A DNA stretch of 11,477 bases, from IMG/VR virus record IMGVR_UViG_2778261182_000004; one strand, given 5' to 3'. The position numbers and the translations under genes are program-made. Source of the DNA: a virus (Duplodnaviria > Heunggongvirae > Uroviricota > Caudoviricetes). This document shows, piece by piece, positions 1-7,482 of this stretch; positions within the stretch are counted from its first letter, which is position 1, and each line of letters starts with the position of its first letter. The notes beneath the pieces are model-generated. The model did no database searches. It was not told where the DNA came from and saw only the letters and a program-made list of their open reading frames with translations.

Positions 1-1264
1 GCCCCCCCCCAACCAGTCCCAGTGCCCCACTTAACAGACGACTCCCCACTGACGTGACAGTATTCAGCGTTGTCTGTGCTGCTGTTCTGGCCGCAATATT
101 ACGGGTAAGTGATGCCTGGGCAGCAGCCAGTTTCGCTTCTGCGGCTGCCTGTCTTTCAGTACCACGGGTAGCCGCGACCGCCTGTTGCGCACGATAAACC
201 GCCGCACGCGCCCTGGCGGTTGCTATCTGCGTCCCCCGGAGCTGCGCTTCCGCAAGAGCCACTTCGTTTCTGGTTGCAGTAATTAATCCGGCAGTTGCAG
301 ATCCAGCAGAAGACGCCATATTGCCAAAATATCGGGCTACCCCGACGGCAACCAGAGCACCGGCAGCGGTTGCCACGGTGTCAATATTGCCTGCAAGACC
401 ATTCAGCACACCAGAGAGCGTCTTCGTCACTCCGCTTGCCTCGTTCGCACCACCAACCCAGGCCATAAAGGCGTTTTCAACTTTGGTTGCAGAGGATGAA
501 ACCGTATCAGGCATTGCTGCATATTCATCACGCAACGCCCCAAGCTGACTAATCAGTGCAGGAACAACCTTATCGGCGGTCAGTTTTCCGTTATCCGCCA
601 TGGCCTTCAGATCCTTACGGGCAACGCCCATTCCCGCAGCCAGCGCACGAATAACACGATCACCGCTCTCATTCACGGCGTTAAATTCTTCACCGCGCAG
701 CACTCCCTGCGCCAGTGCCTGGCTGAACTGCGTGATCACCGAACTGGCTTCTGCTGTACTGGCACCGGATAATTTCAGGCCCGTGGAGATCGCCTCGGTG
801 ACTTTCAGTACCTCCTCAGAACTGTAACCATACTCCCGCATGGAAGCTGCAGAGCGGGCAAAAAGGCTGGCGTTATCAGAAAAAGTCGTTCCCGTTCTCT
901 GGCTGATTGCCATTAATTCACGTTGTGATGCCTGAAAATCATCACTGGACTGTGAGGCCTGCTTCAGACGGGCATTGACTGAATTCCACTCATCGGCGAG
1001 AGAAATAAGATGACCGGTAGCAAAAGCCCCGGCAAATGCCCCCGCCATGTTCAGTGCCGAAGATTTAGCTGTATTTATCTGATCCGTCACTTCTGCCAGT
1101 GCACGCCGCATTTCACTGGATGCAGTAGCGGACTGTCGGCCTCCGTTCTGCATGGTGCGGTAGTAATCCTGCCCCATACGCGAAGCCCGGGCGATCTCTG
1201 ACTGGAATGACCGGGAGTTTGCCGAAATTTTAATAATCAGTTCACGTAATGTCGCCACACTCAT
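1..1264 (-). CDS. Tail tape measure protein, N-terminal 421 codons (3' end beyond window)
   Basis: ATG at 1264..1262. I checked every codon of this minus-strand frame down to position 2 and found no stop. Translation begins MSVATLRELIIKISANSRSFQSEIARASRMGQDYYRTMQNGGRQSATASSEM... Follows G/G-T as expected. Not in the ORF track because it is incomplete. Confidence 0.8.
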   Translation of the reverse strand, partial: MSVATLRELIIKISANSRSFQSEIARASRMGQDYYRTMQNGGRQSATASSEMRRALAEVTDQINTAKSSALNMAGAFAGAFATGHLISLADEWNSVNARLKQASQSSDDFQASQRELMAISQRTGTTFSDNASLFARSAASMREYGYSSEEVLKVTEAISTGLKLSGASTAEASSVITQFSQALAQGVLRGEEFNAVNESGDRVIRALAAGMGVARKDLKAMADNGKLTADKVVPALISQLGALRDEYAAMPDTVSSSATKVENAFMAWVGGANEASGVTKTLSGVLNGLAGNIDTVATAAGALVAVGVARYFGNMASSAGSATAGLITATRNEVALAEAQLRGTQIATARARAAVYRAQQAVAATRGTERQAAAEAKLAAAQASLTRNIAARTAAQTTLNTVTSVGSRLLSGALGLVGGG

Positions 1265-1274
1265 TCTCCGGACG

Positions 1275-1296
1275 AAAAAAAACCGCCGAAGCGGTT
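1275..1296 (-). terminator. Hairpin plus U8 between the G-T stop and the tape measure start
   Basis: Minus-strand AACCGC UUCG GCGGUU then eight U; ends 13 nt before the tape measure ATG. Confidence 0.35.
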
Positions 1297-1304
1297 ATGT
1301 TGAC

Positions 1305-1616
1305 TCACTGAGACACGGTTAAAAGCGCGTTTTCCAGCCCGGCAAATGGATCTGAGGCGCCTTCTGTCTGCTCCTGCTCCCACTGAAGAAGCACATCATT
1401 CAGTGGGACTTTAACCCCCTGCGCACCGTAAACAGCTGAAACAATCTGGGCAGCCCGGATATCAGCCCGTTCGTCCCCCAGCGGGCTGAACCTGTCAAAT
1501 TCTGCCCACATCATGATTTCTGATGCGGACATTTCCCGGCGTAACTCTGACAATGTGCGCCCCATCCTGAGCGCCAGCATCATCAGAAAACGCATCCCCG
1601 GAAGCGCTACTTTTTT
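1305..1616 (-). CDS. T portion of the G-T tail assembly chaperone fusion, made by -1 frameshift from G
   Basis: The 1305..1595 ORF is in the -1 frame relative to G and stays open back to the slippery site. Conserved G/G-T arrangement upstream of tape measure genes. Confidence 0.65.
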   Translation of the reverse strand, partial: KKVALPGMRFLMMLALRMGRTLSELRREMSASEIMMWAEFDRFSPLGDERADIRAAQIVSAVYGAQGVKVPLNDVLLQWEQEQTEGASDPFAGLENALLTVSQ

Positions 1617-1993
1617 TTAACCTCTCCGGCATCACTGATCAGTTCCAGAGACTGCCGAAGAAGCCGCGCATGCACCGGGCCATACACGGCAATCACCTGT
1701 TCACGATCATCCTCTGAAAATACGGGTTGCAGTCCGGTATCACACAGAACATCAATGAACAGTTCAACATCTGCCTCCAGATTTCGGCGGGCACGCTCTG
1801 CAACGGATGGCGATGTATCATCTTCCCTGGCTTTAACGATCTCCTGCCAGCGCAACCAGGCTTCTGCAGAAGGTTCCCGTAACACAACCGTTGCTCCTTC
1901 CCATTCAGGCACATCAACGGTTTTATGACGAAACCCAGACATCGTTGCCAGTGCCAGATTACGGATATTTTTAGTCATCACATCCATCCTCAT
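1607..1993 (-). CDS. Tail assembly chaperone G
   Basis: 128 aa, ends EVKKK then TAG at 1609..1607, with the slippery run at its 3' end. Confidence 0.75.
   Translation of the reverse strand: MRMDVMTKNIRNLALATMSGFRHKTVDVPEWEGATVVLREPSAEAWLRWQEIVKAREDDTSPSVAERARRNLEADVELFIDVLCDTGLQPVFSEDDREQVIAVYGPVHARLLRQSLELISDAGEVKKK
1610..1616 (-). promoter_or_regulatory. Programmed -1 ribosomal frameshift site (A AAA AAG)
   Basis: Minus-strand mRNA reads GAG GTT AAA AAA AAG TAG. A -1 slip on A_AAA_AAG continues as GTA GCG CTT CCG GGG ATG CGT TTT CTG..., exactly the frame of the track ORF 1305..1595. Confidence 0.7.
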
Positions 1994-2697
1994 TAACTGA
2001 CGGTAACAGTGCAGGAAGTGGAGGTCACCTTGTTAACCGGGCTTGCTGAATCAGAAATCTCGCAGGTATACGCACCTGCATCACCGGATGCTGCTGATGC
2101 CTTACTGAACGTTGCCGCCGTCTGTCCGGAAACAGGAGAACTACCTTTCTTCCAGACATAAGAATAAGGCGGCACACCACCGGCAGCCTCAACCACCATT
2201 TCGAGTTTCGCTCCGGCAGAAACCTGCAGCGTGCTGTTTAAATCGACCTTCACTTTCAGCGGCGCTGTCGTCAGCACAGGTTTACCTTTCAGGCGCAGGG
2301 AAAACGTTGCAGCCACAACACCATTGGTTCCTGCAGACCAGGTATGCTGACGCACCTCTGCCATAAAGGTAAATCCGTTGCCTGACGGAAAAATAACTTT
2401 AAAGCCATACGTGGTGTCATTGTCATAGGCACTGCGCAACGCGTTCTGGGCAGCATTGAGGTAAAAGTTGCCTGACATGGAAATCTCTGACGCGGCACCA
2501 AGGCCGTTAATATTTTCCTGCTCAGCAGAACACAGCGTGGTGACATCAATATCCTGCTTTTGTCCTGCGGTAAACTGCACCTCTTTGATTGTACAGCTCA
2601 GGCCAAGATAGCTGGCAGAATCCAGGGTTTCTGCTGTTACCGGTGCAGACGAAATCATAATTTTCGTCAGTTGCGAACGCTCAAAATTAGAGGACAT
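1993..2697 (-). CDS. Major tail protein with C-terminal Ig-like domain
   Basis: The ORF track starts at 2748 and would translate through the hairpin above. An ATG at 2697..2695 (MSSNFERSQ...) has AGGAG 7 nt upstream and is my preferred start. The C-terminal ~85 residues look like an Ig-like decoration domain. TAATG overlap with the G chaperone start. Confidence 0.8.
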   Translation of the reverse strand: MSSNFERSQLTKIMISSAPVTAETLDSASYLGLSCTIKEVQFTAGQKQDIDVTTLCSAEQENINGLGAASEISMSGNFYLNAAQNALRSAYDNDTTYGFKVIFPSGNGFTFMAEVRQHTWSAGTNGVVAATFSLRLKGKPVLTTAPLKVKVDLNSTLQVSAGAKLEMVVEAAGGVPPYSYVWKKGSSPVSGQTAATFSKASAASGDAGAYTCEISDSASPVNKVTSTSCTVTVS

Positions 2698-2710
2698 ACT
2701 CGTCTCCTGA

Positions 2711-2736
2711 AAATAAAAAACCCGCCAGCGGCGGGT
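2711..2736 (-). terminator. Hairpin plus U-run upstream of the major tail protein start
   Basis: Minus-strand ACCCGCC GCTG GCGGGT then TTTTTTATTT. Confidence 0.45.
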
Positions 2737-2756
2737 GGATAAAATCATTAACGACC

Positions 2757-3101
2757 TCAGGCTATTGCCTGAAATTCAAGCGTGGCTCTGCTCAGACGGG
2801 AGTCAGGATCATACCCCTGCGTTTTAGAAATAACGGAGGGTGCCAGTTGCCTTACCGCATCAAGCGCCTGCTCACGGATATCATCTGCGTCATCAGGTAC
2901 TGTTGCCCAGACATCGATCTGCACGGTAATTCTGGATTCAGCCTGACCATCAAGCACATCAGACGCCGTGTCAGACACCACAGAAAACACCAGCCACGGC
3001 GGAGATACCGCAGGCTTTCCCTCCGTCAGCGGGACCACATAAGGATAAACCTGTCCTCCGGCCAGTTGAGACAGCAGGGAATACAGTGTGGCTTCCCTCA
3101 T
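2757..3101 (-). CDS. Putative tail terminator protein
   Basis: 114 aa, immediately upstream of the major tail gene, with an ATGA overlap to the preceding gene. Assignment by synteny only. Confidence 0.45.
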   Translation of the reverse strand: MREATLYSLLSQLAGGQVYPYVVPLTEGKPAVSPPWLVFSVVSDTASDVLDGQAESRITVQIDVWATVPDDADDIREQALDAVRQLAPSVISKTQGYDPDSRLSRATLEFQAIA

Positions 3102-3547
3102 TTACTTAAGACCTCATCAATAGCCTGATTCATTCGCTGTATGGCAACCTGCGCCGCCAGCTCCTCTGTCGTATCGAAAGCCGGGCGAATGAATGGATGC
3201 GCGGGCATGTTTATCGTTCCCAGCTCCACAAAGCGCCAGTAAAACGCATTTCGGGGATCGCTGGCTTTCATGCTGTTATCACTGTTTCCGGTTCGCAGGT
3301 TCCGTCCGCGAATGTGGACACCCGAGATAATTTCCCCCCGACGTTTTGAACGCTGCGTGAGAACAACCACATTTTTCTTCAGTTTCCCGGTTCGCTCCGG
3401 CGCACGTTCAACAACTGCATCCCGCATAACTTCAGCACCGGCACGGGTGGCATCGCGCAGAACCTTATTGTTTTCTGCCCTGCTGAGCGTATCCAGATCC
3501 CGTGCAATATCCGCCAGGCCGGAAAAATCAAGACTGAAATCCATCAC
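3098..3547 (-). CDS. Neck or tail-completion protein (HK97 gp10-like)
   Basis: 149 aa. The track start at 3547 is a GTG; an ATG at 3544..3542 shares one base with the upstream TGA stop and may be the real start. Confidence 0.55.
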   Translation of the reverse strand: MMDFSLDFSGLADIARDLDTLSRAENNKVLRDATRAGAEVMRDAVVERAPERTGKLKKNVVVLTQRSKRRGEIISGVHIRGRNLRTGNSDNSMKASDPRNAFYWRFVELGTINMPAHPFIRPAFDTTEELAAQVAIQRMNQAIDEVLSK

Positions 3548-3882
3548 ACACTCCCCGTCAGGCTGCAGAGTATTTCAAGCCGGGTGGCGCGAGCATCCGG
3601 TATTGGTGGACCTTCTATACCAAGAGTGACCCCTTTAAATGCACCGGTCAGCACTTTCAGACGTGAAGTCGCTGTCACATCGCGCCGGAATCTCATCCAG
3701 ACTCTGACCGTAGCCTGAGCGGTTTCTGCTCCGCCTGAGATTCTCTCCCTCCCGCTGATACCCTTAACTTCTGCCCATACGGTTGCCCCCTCCGTCATTG
3801 TCTCCACCGGATGTCCTGACGGAGAACGGACGGTGGTGACATTCAGAATAATTACGCGATCACGTAATCTGCCCGCCTGCAT
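3544..3882 (-). CDS. Head closure / head-tail joining protein
   Basis: 112 aa; AGGAGGAGG upstream of the ATG; second gene of the connector cluster. Confidence 0.6.
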   Translation of the reverse strand: MQAGRLRDRVIILNVTTVRSPSGHPVETMTEGATVWAEVKGISGRERISGGAETAQATVRVWMRFRRDVTATSRLKVLTGAFKGVTLGIEGPPIPDARATRLEILCSLTGSV

Positions 3883-3890
3883 GCCTCCTC

Positions 3891-4208
3891 CTACAAAGGA
3901 ATAAAACGATAAGGCTCCAGCAGAGAAGAAAAACCAAACGGGACTGGTGCCTTGCTGACATCTGAGGAATTTTCCCGGTTTTCGTACCAGTGTCCGACCA
4001 GCAACATGAGCGCCAGCAAAACATCATCAGCTATAAGCACCCCGTCAGGATCACCTTCCGGCACCGTCTCCTCATAAAGCTTACGGTTGATAAAATTTTC
4101 TGCCTTGCGGCAGGCCGCCCGGAAATACAGCATCAGTAACTCATCATCAGTTGCATCATCTGTATCAATACGGCACTGCGCCCTGAGTTTTTCCACTATT
4201 GCTGCCAT
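3891..4208 (-). CDS. Head-tail connector or adaptor (gp6-like)
   Basis: 105 aa, first gene after the capsid gene; AGGAG about 5 nt upstream of the ATG. Assignment by position and size. Confidence 0.6.
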   Translation of the reverse strand: MAAIVEKLRAQCRIDTDDATDDELLMLYFRAACRKAENFINRKLYEETVPEGDPDGVLIADDVLLALMLLVGHWYENRENSSDVSKAPVPFGFSSLLEPYRFIPL

Positions 4209-4241
4209 CTAAAACTCCTGCCCGCAACACTGTACGGGCAT

Positions 4242-4263
4242 AAAAAAACCGCGTCGGCGCGGT
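4242..4263 (-). terminator. Intrinsic terminator or attenuator after the capsid gene
   Basis: Minus-strand transcript reads ACCGCG CCGA CGCGGT then T7, 22 nt after the capsid TAA stop. A second hairpin (GCCCG/CGGGC, 4220..4239) follows before the AGGAG of the next gene. Confidence 0.55.
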
Positions 4264-4284
4264 CTGTAACAGAACAACGTGTGG

Positions 4285-5502
4285 TTATTTGCCAGTGAGC
4301 GCCTTAATGGCTGCCACATCTTCCAGCACACAGTCAAAACGATGGAAAGCCAGAAATGCCACCTGATCAAACTCAGCATAACGCTCAACCAGACGTTTCA
4401 GTTCCATATAAGTAACGCGGCGAATGATAAAGCGGTTGAAATCCCCCAGGAAAATGAATTTTTTCCCGGTACCAATCCCGTCAATAGCCTGATCAATAAC
4501 ATAAGGGATCCCCAGCACAGTAGCTGGCGTACCGCCTGCAATATCCGGCAGCCATAACGGGCGTTTCTGTCCATCCTCCATCTCTTCAATAGTCTGCAAT
4601 GTGGCATCATTGAATGCCCAGCGGTATTTCGGCCCACCACGATATGCCGGATCAATGGCATGTTTCAGGGCATTCATTTCTTTCCAGGTGAAAGCGGCAG
4701 AAGCTGCAGTCTGGATAGTTCCCGTCACCGACGCTGCCAGCCCTTTTGGCTGTAACGGTGATCCCGTTCCGGTCCCCTGAACCAGATATTTTGCCTCTCC
4801 ACGACCAATACGCTGGGCAATACGGTTTGCCAGATAAGATTCAATATCCACCCCACTGTCCTGGAGCAGCTCATTGGACACACGAATTATTTTTGATGAC
4901 AGCTTTTTAGCCCCCAGAATAGCAGTCCCGAACGTCACATCCTGCTCCGTTGCGGCTGTATTTTCCGCCAGCAGTTCGCCCTCTTCAGTCGTGCCGTCAG
5001 ACGTTGACCAGGTGATATCCTGCCCGGTTGATGTGGTCAGAAGTTGTGCCACACTGGCAATCCCGCCATAAGCCTTCATGGTGTCAATGATTTTGTTACG
5101 CATCTGCGTGGGCACCGTATATCCGCCCTGAGAATCCGTTGTTACACTCTGAGCCCGCAGTTCACGCATCAGATTACGCTCTTCAGCATTCAGTTCTGCA
5201 AATCCGGCACGCAGAAAACGGTTAAATGCCGCAGCACGCTTCTCTTCCACCGCCTTTTTCCCGTTCTCCGCCTCATTATTCTGGCGCTCTTCCGGCCCGG
5301 ACTCATCCACATATGCCTGATCCTGACGGCGCAACTCTTCTTCACGGGCGATTTGCTCATCCAGCGCATCCAGCTCAGCTTTCGCCCTGTTCCACTCAGC
5401 CCGTTGCTCATCAGTCCATGCGTTATCACCAATTTTTTCATGCAGTGCACGCATATCCTTTGCAATGGTGTTTCGTTTTTGCTTCATCTCATGAAGTTTC
5501 AT
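4285..5502 (-). CDS. Major capsid protein, HK97 fold, with N-terminal delta (scaffolding) domain
   Basis: 405 aa; the first ~100 residues are charged and Ala/Glu/Arg-rich (coiled-coil-like), followed by a capsid-like body. No separate scaffold gene. Confidence 0.9.
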   Translation of the reverse strand: MKLHEMKQKRNTIAKDMRALHEKIGDNAWTDEQRAEWNRAKAELDALDEQIAREEELRRQDQAYVDESGPEERQNNEAENGKKAVEEKRAAAFNRFLRAGFAELNAEERNLMRELRAQSVTTDSQGGYTVPTQMRNKIIDTMKAYGGIASVAQLLTTSTGQDITWSTSDGTTEEGELLAENTAATEQDVTFGTAILGAKKLSSKIIRVSNELLQDSGVDIESYLANRIAQRIGRGEAKYLVQGTGTGSPLQPKGLAASVTGTIQTAASAAFTWKEMNALKHAIDPAYRGGPKYRWAFNDATLQTIEEMEDGQKRPLWLPDIAGGTPATVLGIPYVIDQAIDGIGTGKKFIFLGDFNRFIIRRVTYMELKRLVERYAEFDQVAFLAFHRFDCVLEDVAAIKALTGK

Positions 5503-5516
5503 CGTCAGTAGTATCC

Positions 5517-6116
5517 TTATGCATTAAGAAGGGTCAAAAGGCGCTCACGCGCCATTCGTTCATTAACAGCTTTCTTCAGCGCACCACTCGCCCGCGCTTC
5601 CTGCCAGGCTTTCATTGAGCGGACACCGGAGTCTGCGTCCTGATAGGCCGGATATGTCACCGGGCTGACATCATACAGACGGGAAATGCGCGTGATTTCC
5701 CGGATAACAATCCCCTCGTCATCTCCATACCAGCTCTCTCCGTCACGAGCGACACGAAACGCGAACGAGGACTGATTAATGTCACCACGCAACATCGGAG
5801 ACAGCACCAGGTCACAAATAGTCGGAGTATCCGGTGCAACAATGTCATAACGTAAACCGCGTTCATCCACCGACAATGACAACGTGCCGGCAGAACTTCG
5901 TCCGAGAATGAAATTAGGATCATGATTAAACAAGCCTCGTACATCATCATTCAGTACATCGTCAAAAGCCCCCGGCTTGATGATTTCACGAAATCCCCAC
6001 AGAGGTTCTGAACGACTGTTAAATACCGAGCCATACCCCAGAATGTGGGTCGGGGCATTATCATATTGTTCCGCCCGCACCTCCCCGCTGTAACAGCGCG
6101 TTTCACGGTCATTCAT
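5517..6116 (-). CDS. Prohead maturation protease (HK97 family)
   Basis: 199 aa, between portal and major capsid gene, the canonical position and size for this protease family. Confidence 0.85.
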   Translation of the reverse strand: MNDRETRCYSGEVRAEQYDNAPTHILGYGSVFNSRSEPLWGFREIIKPGAFDDVLNDDVRGLFNHDPNFILGRSSAGTLSLSVDERGLRYDIVAPDTPTICDLVLSPMLRGDINQSSFAFRVARDGESWYGDDEGIVIREITRISRLYDVSPVTYPAYQDADSGVRSMKAWQEARASGALKKAVNERMARERLLTLLNA

Positions 6117-7335
6117 CGTTCTTTTCCTCTTTGCCTTTCGTATCTTTAAAGTTATTCAACGGATTTGCTGCATTTACGCTGACCAGCATTTCATCCAGAC
6201 CGTCAACCGGGTTCATGTCCTCAAATGCCCTGGCTTCATTCCGGCTCATCCAGCCATCTGTAATGGCAAAGTGATAGAACTGCGCACGCTCCTGTGGGGT
6301 CCCACGGAGCAACCCCGTGAGGTTGAAACGAACGTAATACCCGGCAGCCCGTTCTGTACGGGTAAACAGGCGACGGTTAAGCTCCTGCTCCCAGTTCGCA
6401 ACCCAGGGCATCATCGTGTAGCGAACAAACTGAATCGCCTGCTGCGTAATATTCGAAAATGTGGCTTTTTCCAGGTCATTAATCATGTGCGCCGGGACAT
6501 TAAAAATCCCGGCAATCATCGACCTGTTCAGCTTGGTCATATCAATGATCTGAGCATCCACCGGAGAAACTGTCAGAGCGCGGTAATCCAGTTGCGCAGG
6601 CAGCAGCATGGTTTTATTTTCCTGACTGCGAAGCGCTGTCACCGCCCGCTGCCACATATTTTTAAGCCTGCTCCAGCTCTGTTCGTTCAGTTCATTTTTC
6701 ACAGAGATAATCCCGGCAGGACGGGCATTACCGTTAAAAAAAGCACTGGTATACTGCTGACCACTCATTCCCATACCAATGGTTTCAGCATGCTGCATGA
6801 TCGGACTCAGTCCCATTTTCTGATTGTTTCCCAGCGCCCTGATATGGATCATGTCGTCCGGACTTACCGCAAATGCACCCTCTTCGTTATACACACCGTA
6901 GGTATGACGCCCTCCGGTGTTAAGTAACGTGGTTTCCCATGGCATACAGCATTCAAGACTGGTAACCTCGCCACGACGATTACGTTTCACCCACGTATAA
7001 CCATTGCCCCACCCCAGCACATGACGCTGCTTCAGTTCCCGCCACTTATAGCTGGTCTGCCAGGCATTCGGTTCATCATGAACGAGCCAGAACAACGGGT
7101 GATCGCGTGCCGGCTGAACATGCTCATTCGTTTTTCGCATCACATGCAGGGGCATCTGAGCCACACTGGATGAAATAACATAAATACAGGCATAGACAGC
7201 AGCCAGCTTCATGGATGTTTCCGGACTGACATACACATCCCGGGCAAAAATATTATCCGTCTCAGCGGCCTCTCCGGTTACCGGAACCGAGGGATTTTCC
7301 AGAGGCTCACTGCGAAACAGAGCATCAAGAAGCAT
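6109..7335 (-). CDS. Portal protein
   Basis: 408 aa; AGGAG 6-7 nt upstream of the ATG; follows TerL and its stop overlaps the protease start. Confidence 0.85.
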   Translation of the reverse strand: MLLDALFRSEPLENPSVPVTGEAAETDNIFARDVYVSPETSMKLAAVYACIYVISSSVAQMPLHVMRKTNEHVQPARDHPLFWLVHDEPNAWQTSYKWRELKQRHVLGWGNGYTWVKRNRRGEVTSLECCMPWETTLLNTGGRHTYGVYNEEGAFAVSPDDMIHIRALGNNQKMGLSPIMQHAETIGMGMSGQQYTSAFFNGNARPAGIISVKNELNEQSWSRLKNMWQRAVTALRSQENKTMLLPAQLDYRALTVSPVDAQIIDMTKLNRSMIAGIFNVPAHMINDLEKATFSNITQQAIQFVRYTMMPWVANWEQELNRRLFTRTERAAGYYVRFNLTGLLRGTPQERAQFYHFAITDGWMSRNEARAFEDMNPVDGLDEMLVSVNAANPLNNFKDTKGKEEKNDE

Positions 7336-7465
7336 GTTTTCTCCTCATGGACACCACCAGTGCATAAAGCAGCAGCAAACAGCCAGACAGCATCAGAGAC
7401 GCTGGCAGACCTGCATACAGATAAACGCCAGCAGTGAGCAGACCGAAACCGATCAGCCCGGTCAT
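7325..7465 (-). CDS. Hypothetical 46-aa hydrophobic protein in the TerL-portal gap
   Basis: My own translation: MTGLIGFGLLTAGVYLYAGLPASLMLSGCLLLLYALVVSMRRKHAS. ATG at 7465..7463, 17 nt after the TerL stop; TGA at 7327..7325, overlapping the portal start by 11 nt. No clear Shine-Dalgarno. Not in the ORF track. Confidence 0.3.
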   Translation of the reverse strand: MTGLIGFGLLTAGVYLYAGLPASLMLSGCLLLLYALVVSMRRKHAS

Positions 7466-7482
7466 ATCAGTAATAAGCTGTT

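Noticed and set aside
321-1201. Plus-strand ORFs 321..548, 600..827 and 1010..1201
   Set aside because: They lie antisense to the tape measure frame, which I verified is open on the minus strand from 1264 to the window edge.
6271-6927. Long plus-strand ORFs inside minus-strand genes (6271..6927, 7900..8502, 9687..10211, 5044..5511, 5226..5618, 7211..7690, 2847..3128, 3270..3629, 4279..4557, 9004..9435, 8768..9055 and others)
   Set aside because: Each lies wholly antisense to a well-supported structural gene. Their products are low-complexity and Arg/Pro/Ser-rich with no start signals, as expected for shadow ORFs in GC-rich coding sequence.
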